DNA of 64,000 nucleotides, from assembly GCF_964355755.1 (NCBI RefSeq), contig NC_092680.1:19601045-19665044 (forward strand), read 5' to 3'. A model generated the notes under the pieces. That model saw only the letters and a list, made by a program, of their open reading frames with translations. It did no database searches and had not been told where the DNA came from. Within the stretch, counting starts at the first letter, position 1; every line of letters begins with the position of its first letter. Origin of the DNA: Antedon mediterranea. Its lineage: Eukaryota > Animalia > Echinodermata. The translations under genes and the position numbers were made by a program. Below are positions 1 to 11,265 of the stretch, piece after piece.

Positions 1-589
1 ATAATATAGGCCTATATTGCCGACCCAAATTATGAACATTTTTTGTTGGTGACGACGTGATTAAATAGCCCATAACTCAAGAAAGAAAACGCAATAGGCC
101 TACTCCTTTTGTCAGACTTGACAGAATTATGGATAAGACTGATCTTGTTTTAATGTATCAGTTTTTATCTTTTAAATGTTATTGCCATTCATTAATGATC
201 AATACAAGAAAGGACTATTATATGGAAAATTAAAAGTTGTTTAGTATAGGTCAACCGTATGATGTTGTTTGCTTTTGATTATTATGTTTATTTAGGGATC
301 TTATGAAACAGGTATGTTTAGTTCTTATTTGATTTCTAAAAAAAGGAGTCACATGAAAACGTTATGTTATTTTTGTTTTTTACGCTCGGCTGGTCACGAC
401 TGTCTCTCTCTGTGCTGCAATATGGCTTCCGTAGCACGAAAATCGTCTATTGATTAAAAATAGGCTAGATATAAAACAAATTGTTTTTATAATTCTATGC
501 TTGAAAACCCGTGAGTATATTTGATGAAGTATTGAAACAATTTTGCGTAATGTTAAGGGGTGGGGTTATAAGTACGAAACTCGCCTAAC

Positions 590-760
590 TAAGCTAGGCC
601 CTAGCTAGCTAGACCTCACTAGCCTATCATCTATTTATTTAGCCGCCCAAGCAGCAGCAGGTGTCACAGTTGACATCATGATATCAAAACACGGAAGTAA
701 GCGTATGCGTAAGCTGGAACAAGCCAGAGGCTATTGAATGTCATTAAATTAGGTGTTTGA
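590..760 (+). promoter_or_regulatory. Probable promoter / non-coding first exon of the SAM gene
   Basis: Locally GC/CpG-enriched, with an ETS-type CGGAAGT at about 692 and CTAG/TAGGCC clusters. Possible donor AG|GTGTT near 751 and acceptor TTCTTACAG near 1428, upstream of ATG 1495. Confidence 0.35.
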
Positions 761-1494
761 TCTCCTACTAGCCTACCTTTTAAAGGTTCTTTACTCATCT
801 GGTATACATATATGCCTAAATTATTATTTAGTAAATAATATATTTAGAAAATAACAATAATGTATTGCTATTGTTTGTTATATCTTTTTAATTAAAAATA
901 TCTTTCTTGCAATGATTTTTTTTAGTTGGGCCTTAAATAAAATTAAAATTATTTTAATAATTAGGCCGGCCATGGAGTATTACTCCAAGGGCCGCCTAGG
1001 CTTAATTTATAATAATGAATCAAGGCCCCTCTCTGGATCCTAGGCCTATTTATGTCTTTATTTATGTCTTTATTTTACTGTTAACATAGGCCTTTCTAAT
1101 ATGCACTTGTCAATATTATGGCCCACTGTACGACCCCAGGAGAGGTGGTGCGTCATTTGTCCAATGTGACTCATACCTTATGAATACCATGATGCACCCG
1201 TGCATCAAAAAAGTGACTTACTTAAAATTACTATTAGGTGACCATGTTTTTATGTATGGTGGGCAGTAAAGTGACGGACATTGACACACCATTGTTCATT
1301 GATTGGATCATGTATATCTAGGTTGGTTTTGTCAATTAAACAAATGATTTTCTTTTGAACTATTAACCAATTAGAACGTGTCTAACCTAATCAATTTCTC
1401 TTGGTTGTCTGTCTATTGATTTCTTACAGTTCAACAGTTATTTTCTAGGCTACCAGTACAGCATTCCGCATTGTGTTAAAACAAAGGATCAGAA

Positions 1495-3302
1495 ATGACA
1501 GAGTCAAGAGTGAATATGATGGCCAAGGCATACATTTTAGACAGACGGAGTGAATCTGTACCCAATGGTGGCTTCCATGATATGCAGTGCTATAATCATC
1601 AACCAGTTTTAATGCAGTCCAAAAGTGTCAAAGTATGTACTTTTGTACTGATGAAATTGGTGCGTGGGGCAGTGTGTTAAGACATAAAGGTCTGTCTACA
1701 CTATCAAACTTTATGTGACAAAATATGTGATGTGCCCATACATGGACATGATAATGTCATATCACTACCATATTTGGGTATATCATTACCATATTTAGGC
1801 ACATCACACTTTTTTTGTCCAACTAGTTTGATAGTGTAGACAGAGATTTAGACCAGAGGAGAGAGGAGAGAAATAGTAATGTTGATGTATTATTTATTTA
1901 TATTTATTCAACTTCTCAATAAGATCTTCATTAGTGAAGGATGGGACCAACAGGTGTTGAAAATAGTCCAGTCCCACAAAATGCCCAGTTATGAAAAATG
2001 GCTGTGTGTGTGTACTAGTACACCGGTGTAACCCCCTACTCCTCTCAAGAGATGTACTAGGTTCTTTAAAATGCACACAAGCTAGATGTGTACACTGGAC
2101 CTACAGTTTATAGTCCTTATCTGAGAAGACATGTTGTACCACCAGGACAGTAATTATAATTCAACTGTCTTAACCGCTTTTGGCCACTCACTCAATAAAA
2201 TAATCATTTGTATTTACTTGTATTATTCAGCAAAAATCTACTCGTTCTAAGAAATCTGTATTTAAGTGGGATAACTGTGATGTTTTGAGATGGCTAAGAA
2301 AACATCATCTGCAGTATTATCAACTGTATGGAGCAAATTTTAAAGAACATGATATTTCAGGTAATATAACCTAATATCTGCGTCAGACGTATTGGCCACA
2401 TGTCTGGACACTGACGAGAGAAGCCCTTGATCAATGATAGGACCAATGAAGGTGCTTTAAACAGTCCTGACTTAGTTTCATCCATCATTCAGATGAATGT
2501 AAAACTAATTGGCATTGTCGTTTGCGGACTTCACGGTTCGCGATCCAGGACTAAAGCTAGTCCAAAAATAGTCTGACTATATCTCAGGTTTAGTCCAGGA
2601 CTAAAGTTAGTCCAATACTGTTACTAGATAGTCCGACTATATCTCAGGTTTAGTCCAGGACTAAAGCTAGTCCAATACCATTACAAGATTGTCCGACTAT
2701 ATCTCGGGTTTAGTCCAGGATTAAATTAAATTCAAGTTCAAGTTAGTATATTATGTGTTGTTTAATTCACCACTGCAATTGCCTTTCATTGTTTTTCAGG
2801 ACGAGCATTGATTAAACTAAACCTGATCAAATTAGAAAAGATGGAAATAGATGACCAAATGCACAGGTTAGTGACGTGTAATTTTTTTTAATAGATTATC
2901 TTTTATTAATATTTAATTTAAATAATGAAGTTATACAGTAGGCATCCGGAAAGATTTTTAGAAAGTTCATAAACAAAAAACACCATGATTTACAGTATGA
3001 AGCTCTGTCCACATTATCAAACTAATTTGACAAAAGTGTGATGTGCCCAAATAAGGTAGTGAGATGCCCACATATGGCAGTGATATGACATCATCATGTC
3101 TATATATGGGCACATCACATTTTTGTTACACTTGTAGTTTAATAGTGTAGGTAAGGCTTAAGGATATTTCAATTATATATTTATATAACTATACTTTAAT
3201 TTGTTATACAGAAACGACCTATTGGAATACATTTTGCGTCTTCGTCTGAAACATGAACAGACTGAACTGCGGCTACTTTTCAACACTAATAATGCTGTGT
3301 GA
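1495..3302 (+). CDS. SAM-domain protein, Aveugle/SAMD10/SAMD12-like (141 aa, 4 coding exons)
   Basis: Exons 1495-1632, 2231-2360, 2800-2866 and 3212-3302 splice in frame at GT-AG junctions (426 nt). They give ...KSVFKWDNCDVLRWLRKHHLQYYQLYGANFKEHDISGRALIKLNLIKLEKMEIDDQMHRNDLLEYILRLRLK..., the W-x3-DV-x2-WL ... F-x2-HDI-x-GRAL SAM signature of Aveugle/SAMD12. Confidence 0.85.
1688..1847. mobile_element. MITE family A (PIF/Harbinger-like), representative copy
   Basis: TIR AG(C/G)TCTGTCTACACTATCAAACT...AGTTTGATAGTGTAGACAGAG(C/A)T flanked by TAA/TTA, with internal repeated CACTACCATATTTGGGCA. Other copies lie at about 3001-3158, 20415-20840, 22923-23142, 24997-25110, 25140-25205, 29905-30060, 30481-30622, 38192-38289, 39221-39361, 39545-39637, 41581-41726, 44246-44405, 44730-44927, 47800-47960, 48146-48289 and 49307-49442, with fragments at about 43079 and 43996. 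Confidence 0.85.
1990..2195 (-). mobile_element. tRNA-derived SINE family B, degenerate copy
   Basis: Shares AGATGTACTAGGTTCTTTAAA..TGCACAC..GTGTACACTGGACCTAC.GTTTATAGTCCTTATC and the terminal ACTGTCTTAACCGCT..GGCCACTCACTC with the copies at 51625-51940 and 58295-58603. Confidence 0.7.
2545..2722. repeat. About 60-bp tandem repeat (about 3 copies)
   Basis: GACTATATCTCAGGTTTAGTCCAGGACTAAAG recurs at about 2575, 2635 and 2695. Confidence 0.8.
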
Positions 3303-3737
3303 ACTAGAGCTGCCGATTACTTATGATGACAATAATAGCAACATGTGAACTTTAAAAGTCATTAATTTTAATATCTTTTTGTATACACTATGCTCACGTG
3401 GAACCAACCCGGCGCCAGGGGAGCACAGTAATATAAAATGGAAACAAGTCACTGAATTTTAATATCGTTTTGTACGCCAATACACCACGCTCAAGCGGAG
3501 CTAAAAAATAACCATATTTATCCAAAAATGTCCAAATTAAAGACCAGAAATGAAAGTAAACATGATTTAGTTCATACAATTTCTTGCTTACGATTGCATG
3601 ACCCGCTTTAGTGGAAAGAGTAAGACAATCCTGGCTGCAGGCTTGTTTGTAAATATATTATTAATATATCATTATTATATTACATAATTTTGAATAATGG
3701 TTAAATTCATTATTGACGATCCTTGTATGTCTAAATA

Positions 3738-3963
3738 GAGATCGTGGGTTCAAATCTAACGCTTGGTACATACTTTACTTATGTTTGCCTCTGGTTAACT
3801 GACAAGGTCAAGACACAACTTTTTCGCTGATTCCTAGCTGCATTATGAGAGGATGTTTCCATTCGTGTTTGATCAAAAAAATGACCGGGGTAATAATATG
3901 TACAACGCTTAGAGGTTGCACAACATTAGGCGCTTTATAAATCCAGGATATTATTATTATTAT
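3738..3963 (+). mobile_element. SINE-like element with an L2-type (ATT)n tail
   Basis: B-box-like GGTTCAAATC at about 3748. The 3' end reads CAACGCTTAGAG...GGCGCTTTATAAAT..(ATT)n. Confidence 0.45.
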
Positions 3964-4484
3964 AAATACTATTAGATATAAAACATAATCACCGAGTATA
4001 TGAAAAACCAGATAGGATTTCTATTAAGGGTACACGTTAATTTATAGTGGTCACCACTTGATAAGGGTCATCCTTTTATTTCATTTCATGAGAAAGTTCC
4101 CCTGAATAGGAGTGTCCAAAAGGAGTTCTACTTTTCCCGAAGAATAACAATCAAACCATTCATGGAGATAGAAACATGTAATTTAATAAATTGTTAGCTA
4201 GAATTATGTAATTACTAATAACTATATTATAGTATGTTTTATGCATGCAGTAATTACTTCATATGACTAGTCAGTTAAGAATCCAGGATTTTAAAATAGG
4301 GACCCTGCAGAACCTAAAAAGGGTTCTGAAAACTTAACCTAAACTGACAGTACATTCCCCCCCCCCCCCCACCCTTTTGGATCAACCTATGCGCAGTGTA
4401 TACACTCAATTAAGAGCCTTGTAAATTTTTCTCCTGATTATTCCATGAACCTATGAACAAGAAGTTACTAGTTTAAATCCAGAG

Positions 4485-7400
4485 GATCAATGTGCTTTGC
4501 AGACTTATAATGTGACTTTATTTCCATTTATTTGATAATTTATATATTTTTTAACTTTACTTTAATTTTTTGTTATAAAAAGCCTCTTTTTACAATATAA
4601 TCAGGTTCAACAGAGACTAAATATATTTTATATGTATTGTTATTTGTACCCCGTTTGTACCTGCATGTACTCTAAATATAAGTGTCTTTGTGAGATTATT
4701 TTCTACAATGCAACAACTATAAAACCGTATAAAAAAAGCCTTTAATCATAAACTGTGTTTGATGGTGCTGATGACGTTTCCAGTGACGTGTAAAACGCCC
4801 GCGTTTTATTGGATATTTCTGTCACGTGCGTGCGTAACCTCACAACAGGATTCTGTTTACTTACACCCTGGTTACCAACCAAAAAACTTTCACATCATCC
4901 GCACACGAGTTGATCAAAGTTTTTCTTTAAACTTTATAATAGCAAGTTATTTCAGTTTATTCAAACTACGTACGTATTTATATAAGATTTTTTGTTTTGT
5001 ATATTGTTTTAAAAGGAATATTTTATAGCTTTTAAACACACATTTTGAGTATTTGTTTCAATAGGCTAGGCCTACTTTACATCAAGCCCGGGGCAAGCGT
5101 CACGCGCAGCCACTGATGACTGAGAACGCCATGCGCGCAGAGGGGCCCGCACACACGACGTACTTAGTGCTAACGATTAAACACAATTAAATAGGGGTGC
5201 TAGATTTGACATGGCCTACATGAATAGTAATATAGACTGGCTTATTTATTTTTTATTTAGATTTATTATTTAAAACATTGTGTTTTTAAGTGCATGTTTT
5301 TTTATTATTATTAATTAAAGTGTTCCGAAATAAATATTATTTGAACTTTGTTAATGTTTGTGACTTTTTGTGTATTCATCATCCGCGGCGGATCATCGAT
5401 CGCGTCGTTGTTCGCACGTCGCGTTCATAAAAGAAAACTGACGTCACACAAACGCCTTCGATTTGATTGGTCAGATTAAAGCGAATTTTACACGCCGCGC
5501 AGGGGGGGGGGGGGGGGAGAAGGTGGAACACGCGGCCCCGATGCGAATTCATTTGAATCGCGACAATGGTGTGATGTATATCGGATTTCAACAATTCCAA
5601 CTTGCGCGGTGAATTCATAGATCGCGAAGGCTCTGTGCGCGGTGCGTGACGATCGACTTAGGCCTACCATCCATACGTCACAATGTACGAATGGCACAAT
5701 ATAATGTTGAAAATCGAAATAATGTTGGCAACATTTATTTTAAGATCTACTATTAGTCCTGTTGATTTATTCCTCTCCATTGCCTGGCTATAATTATTTG
5801 TGCTGTATATGCTTTCTAAGTCTGAACTCAGCAATTTGTTGTTTGGACTATTTATAACAATTATAGAACAGAGATACATACATAGTAAAACTAATAGTAT
5901 ATCATTGACCAATAATAGTTTATTTACAATTTTACAAGTGAGATGCATAATGAATTAATAATGTATTTCGCTACAGCCTTGAAAGTTACTGGTTCAAATG
6001 CAGCGCGGATGTGCTTTGATTGCTTTGCAGACTTTTTAATGCAAACTTTCCATTAATTTATTGGTAATTGAGATATTGTTTAACTTTAAAGTTATACAGT
6101 CTCTTTTTACAATATAACCAAGTTTAACAGAAACTAATTATATTTTATATGTATTGTTATTTGTACCTACATATACTCTAAATATAAGTGTCTTACAACA
6201 ACGTGTCGTGCAACAACTAACACCGTCAAAAAGTCTTTATATATTAGCTAGACCATAATAAACTGGAAAGCTTTTGACAGTGTTGATGACGTGTAAAACA
6301 CCCGCGTTTTATTGGAAGTTTCTGTCACGTGCATGCGCCGTGCGTAACCTCACAACAGCATTCTGTTTACTTTACACCCTGGTTACCAACTAAAAAACTT
6401 TCACATCATCCGCAATCGATTTGATCAAAGTTTTTCTTTAAACTTTATAATATCAATAGCAAGTTATTTCAGTTTATTCAAACTACGTACGTATTTATAT
6501 AAGATTTAATTTTTTTGTATATATTGTCTAAAGGGAATGTTTTATAGCTTTTAAACACACTTTTTGAGTATTTGTTTCAATAGGCTAGGCCTACTTTACA
6601 TCAAGTCCGGGGGCAAGCGTCACGCGCAGCCACTGACTGGGGAACGTCATGCGCGCAAAGCGGGCCGGGCCTCCTGCGCACAAACGTACTTAGTGCCGAC
6701 GATAACACAATTAAATAGGCGCGCTAGATTTGACATGGCCTACATACATAATATAGACTGGCTTAATTATTTTTTATCTAGATTTGTGTTTTTAAGTGCA
6801 TGTTTTTTATTATTATTAATTAAAGTGTTCCGAAATAAATATTATTTGAACTTTGTTAATGTTTGTGACTTTTTTTTTATATCATCGCGTCGATCGCGCG
6901 TTGTTGTTTTTGCATTCGTAAAAAGAAATGTATCTGACGTCACACAAACACCTTCGATCTAGTGATTTGATTGGTCAGATTAAAGCGAATTTTGCACGCC
7001 GCGCGGGGGGCGCCAGGGAACGAATTCACCGCGTTGAAGTTGGAAACAAAAAATAAGCATGGAGATAAGCTCTTTGAATCTACCGCGACGGTGGGACACG
7101 CGGCCCCGATGCGAATTCACGATATTGAATCGCGGCGGTGGTGTGATATATCGATTTCAACAATGTGAAATTCAGCGCGGTGAATTTATAGATCGCGAAG
7201 GCGCTCTGCGCGCGGTGCATACGTCACAAGGTATACAGTGTAATATAAAACAACACACGAATGGCACAATATAATGTTGAAAATCAAAATAATGTTGGCA
7301 ACATTTATTTTAAGATCTACTATTAGTCCTGTTGAAATATTCCTCTTCATTGCCTGGCTATATTTGTGCTGTATATGCTTTCTAAAGCGTGGTTCCCACT

Positions 7401-7845
7401 AGCGACGCAACACAAGGACGTAACGCAACGCAAGTGAATTAACCAATCACAAGCGATGGCTTATTCGCTTGTGATTGCTAACTATCACAACTTCGCTTGT
7501 CATTGGTTAAAACGCTTGCGTTGCGTTTACGTCCTTGCGTTACGTTCTAGTGGGAACCAAGCTTTAGTCTGAACTCAGCAATATATGCTTGGGACTATTA
7601 ATAACAATTATCGAGCAGATACGACTGGTCTGTTGATTTATTCCTCTCTATTACTGTCTATGCTGTATATGCCTTTTTCAACTCAGCAATTTGTATATGC
7701 TTTCACTAGTATTAATCAAATTAATTAATATACAATATAAAAATAATAACAAATATTAAAATAATTAAAACATAGTATATCATTGACCAATAATAGTTTA
7801 TTCAAAATTTGTGAAGTGAAATGCATAATAAATTAATATATTTTA
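4485..7845 (+). repeat. Direct tandem duplication (copy 1 about 4485-5965, copy 2 about 6005-7845) of a CpG/CRE-rich promoter-like region
   Basis: Colinear matches throughout, e.g. TGCTTTGCAGACTT (4492/6021), GTAACCTCACAACAG (4834/6344), CTGACGTCACACAAAC (5437/6934), GAATGGCACAATATAATGTTGAAAATC (5689/7259) and TATCATTGACCAATAATAGTTTA (5900/7778). Confidence 0.9.
7386..7563. mobile_element. Palindromic MITE family C (Harbinger-like); second copy at about 41210-41364
   Basis: TIR AGC(G/T)TGGTTCCCACTAG...CTAGTGGGAACCAAGCT, flanked by TAA/TTA. The matching site in duplication copy 1 is empty (GCTTTCTAAGTCTGAAC at about 5811). Confidence 0.85.
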
Positions 7846-7964
7846 AAAGTTATTATATACACCTTCTTTATATCAAATCATTTTATTAATGACAATATTA
7901 TTATATTGCACACTAAAATGTATTGATATTAATAATCACATGCATTTGAAATAATTATTTCAGA

Positions 7965-10338
7965 ATGCCTGGAGAACGAAGAAGCCTTCGTAATCTATTC
8001 AATCGGAGAACTCACAGGAGGAATCAAACGCTGTAAGACATTATCATTACTACAGTATAATCACATAACAGCATGCTTACTGTACATATACATTATTATT
8101 TGGATAATGTAAATCGTTTTTAATACAATACAATTCCAAAATGACAATCTGGTACAGTAATCCTATTAAGAGGACACCTTCTGGACCCAATAAAGTGCCA
8201 AGTGCCCCCCCCCCCCCCATACATTCCCCATTATTCATTTTATGGTAAATGGATGCCTCATGCCAAATGATGGATTGTACTGTATTCTGAATTCGTTTTT
8301 TTTTTTGGTAATTGCCTTTACATTTAAATCATATTATTGAGCATCAGTAAGCATAACTTATTTTTCAAATCACATTTAATTTGAAACTATTTCTTATGGA
8401 GTTATTATCTTTTAGGGATCTTGTTCCTGCACCTCCTCCAAGCCAGCAGGAGATTAAAGATGAACAGTCCTTCTTCAGAAGGATCTTTGGGTGTTGCTTC
8501 CCATTTGTTTTAAGAAGGCAGGCTCCTGCAGCACGAGCTCCTCCTCCGGTGCCTCCACCAACGCCAGCACCATCAGCAGAGAGTGGGGCATCATTGGCAA
8601 CTGCAGCTTCACCAGTAGAGGAACCTGTTGACCATCAATTTCTGAAGACAAGGAAGCCAAAAGTTAGACCGGTGGTGGCAACTCTGAACTTAAGTCTTCC
8701 AAAATCACCAATTAATATGCTGAAGGAAAGTGTACCAGCCATGACCTTGGTGAAGAAAGAGGAGGAAGAAGTTGTAACACCAACACTTCAGAAGGTTCCT
8801 ACATCTGATATTCCACTTCTTACTATGGATAGTTCAACTCCATCAGTGGATGTACAACTTCCTGTAATGGAATTATCAGAAATCACTGGTGAGGCTATGC
8901 CATCATTTGGGTTGTCTTGCAACGCCAGCAATGAATTTGAAGATGAAGAGACTAGACTCCAAGCCGACATCGACGAGATCTTTAGAATTGTTCCTTCAGC
9001 TCCTGGTGCAAAACCACTCTGCTACAGGTTTAGCCCTAAGAAGGTATGCAGTTCTCCATCAGAGAAGAGTGAAAATGAAAAAGACCTGTTCTGGAAGAGA
9101 TCTCCAAGTGTTGATAGTCTTGATTCAGTTTGCAATGGCATCTTTGAATTGATAGCAAGTGGAAGCAAGACAGACCAGACTGTTGAATACAATAGGGTGA
9201 ACGATATGACGCCATTGGAACGCCTAGAAGATATGCTTCCACCATTTAGAGTTTGTTTAAGTGGCAGAGTCAATCCATTCCCAGCATCATGCAACAATGA
9301 GCCAAACTTCTACCGCAAGACCTTTCTCAGCACAATATTTGCAGGAAGCTTTGCTGGAAACAATGGACTTGACCTTCAACCTGTCATCTTCAAGGGAAGT
9401 CAATCCACCCGGAGTGATAGGAAACTAAGGATAGAAGCACGAGTGATGCAACTATTTGTCAACAATGACAAATTCCTTAAAATCCACGGATCAATTAATG
9501 ACGTCACTAACCGTCATCATCGACTTGGGGATTTTGCTCTTATCACTGAATTCGTCGGAAATGAGGAAAGTCATTTATCCTACACTCTGGATGAGGTATG
9601 TGTCAGCATGAAGATCGAGATGGGATTCTCTCGAATAACTGCCATCAAGATGGGAATTGACATCGCTCATGCTCTTCGAAGCATGCATATGGCTGGCTTA
9701 CTTCACTGCAACCTGACCTGCAAGTCTGTGCTCATCAAGCCAAATGAGCCTCGCTATACAGTGAAGATCATTAAGCTTGGAAACACATGCCTCATTGATG
9801 CACCAATTGGTCTTGATATCAAGCACAGTGGAATCAAGACTAACCCATTTACTATAGTCAATGAAAGTAAGTACTCTATTTTTAAATAAACAGCAGCTCA
9901 CACAAAATAGATTTCTTTATGTGGTTTTACAGTATTTATTCCTTAATAGGGGTTAGCTGTAGTGTTAAAACAAACATTGTTCATTTATTTCACAGGAATG
10001 TATTTTCTTAATAGGATGTCCTAAAGAAAGGGTTCTATTGTAAAACCATATTTTATTTATTTTCACTAGTTGAGGACGACTTCGCCCCAGAGTTGTACCA
10101 ACAGGGTGCACTACCATCCATCAAAACCGATGTCTACAGTCTTGGCACCATCCTTTATGAACTTGGATCATTTGGCTATGTAGCATCGATGAAGAGACTT
10201 GGAAAGGAATGCATGAGCCAGAAACCAGAAGACAGACCAAGCTTGGAGACAGTCATTGCAACAATGAAGAACACCCTAAGACCTGGTGCAGCAAGAGGCC
10301 CGCGGACTCGTCCAAACGGCCCCAAGACACTAGGTTAA
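7965..10338 (+). CDS. Divergent protein kinase-fold protein, predicted pseudokinase (595 aa, 3 coding exons)
   Basis: Exons 7965-8032, 8416-9866 and 10070-10338 join in frame (1788 nt). The C-terminal kinase fold shows VIFK (beta3 Lys), RIEARVM (alphaC Glu), LITEFV hinge, IAHALRSMH, LHCNLTCKSVLI (HRD is HCN), VKIIKLG (DFG is KLG), FAPEL, TDVYSLG and EDRPS. The long N-terminus is Pro/Ser/Glu-rich. Confidence 0.85.
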
Positions 10339-11159
10339 ATCTTTAGCCACCATCGTCCATCACCAATAAAGCAATGTTGTCAATTTTTCATCGGTACTTC
10401 ACTTGAAACGAATAATAAATAGCAGTGCCATCGGATACTCTGAGTTTGCAGGTTCAGGGAAGATTAGAATATAATGTACTTGTATATCGCCACCAAATAA
10501 AATACTATACTAAATGATGGATAAGTCTGCTATACAATGAGTTACAGAGTTGGTTCTTCTACAACACATCTTCAGCATTTTAAAGGAATTGTTTAAAATA
10601 ATATGGCTAAATAGCTTTATTATCTAAGGTATTTTGATGCTATGTTTAACTTGGATTTCAGAGGTACAGACTCTTCAACTTAACTGGAATTCTGTGGGTT
10701 TGACAACCTACAAAAAAAAAAAAAAAAAAAAAAAGTTAAGTTTAATAAAGTACTATTAAAAGAAAGTATGACAACATAAATTATGAAACCCCGGCAATAA
10801 GTGTCACCTTGGATGTGACAAACCTGAATATGACAATTGTGACAAATGTAGCTTTATTTAATTGGTGATGGTAACGATGGTGGCAGACTTCAAACCCAAC
10901 CAATGGCTGGTGGCAGTACATCTAATTTCAACCGACCCAGAGAATTCAATTATACAGTGACACCAACTGGGTTGATAAGTTTATGGATTCTATACAAGTA
11001 TACAACAGGTAAATAAATATGTTAATCTTCCAAACATTTAAAAATAAATTTAAACTATTATGCATAGTTATAATTTTAAATGTAACAAAAAACATAACAG
11101 TAACTTATAACTTTAACTTTCAGATTCATGATGCAAATAGTCAACAGTATTGAATTAAG

Positions 11160-11265
11160 TGAAGGAAAACCCCCAAGAAAGGAAAACCCAAAAAATGGGA
11201 AAACCCAAGAAAGGAAAAAAACCCAAGAAAGGAAAAATCCACAAGAATGGAAATCCCAAGATGAG
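11160..11265 (+). repeat. Degenerate 15-18 bp purine-rich tandem repeat (CCCAAGAAAGGAAAA)
   Basis: About 6 imperfect units. Confidence 0.6.

Noticed and set aside
6564-7274. Short ORFs in the duplicated CpG-rich region
   Set aside because: The frames are not preserved between the two copies and no domain is recognisable.
8416-10338. MLKL orthologue
   Set aside because: The degenerate catalytic loop is superficially similar, but the N-terminus is Pro/Ser-rich rather than a four-helix bundle. It cannot be assigned without a search.
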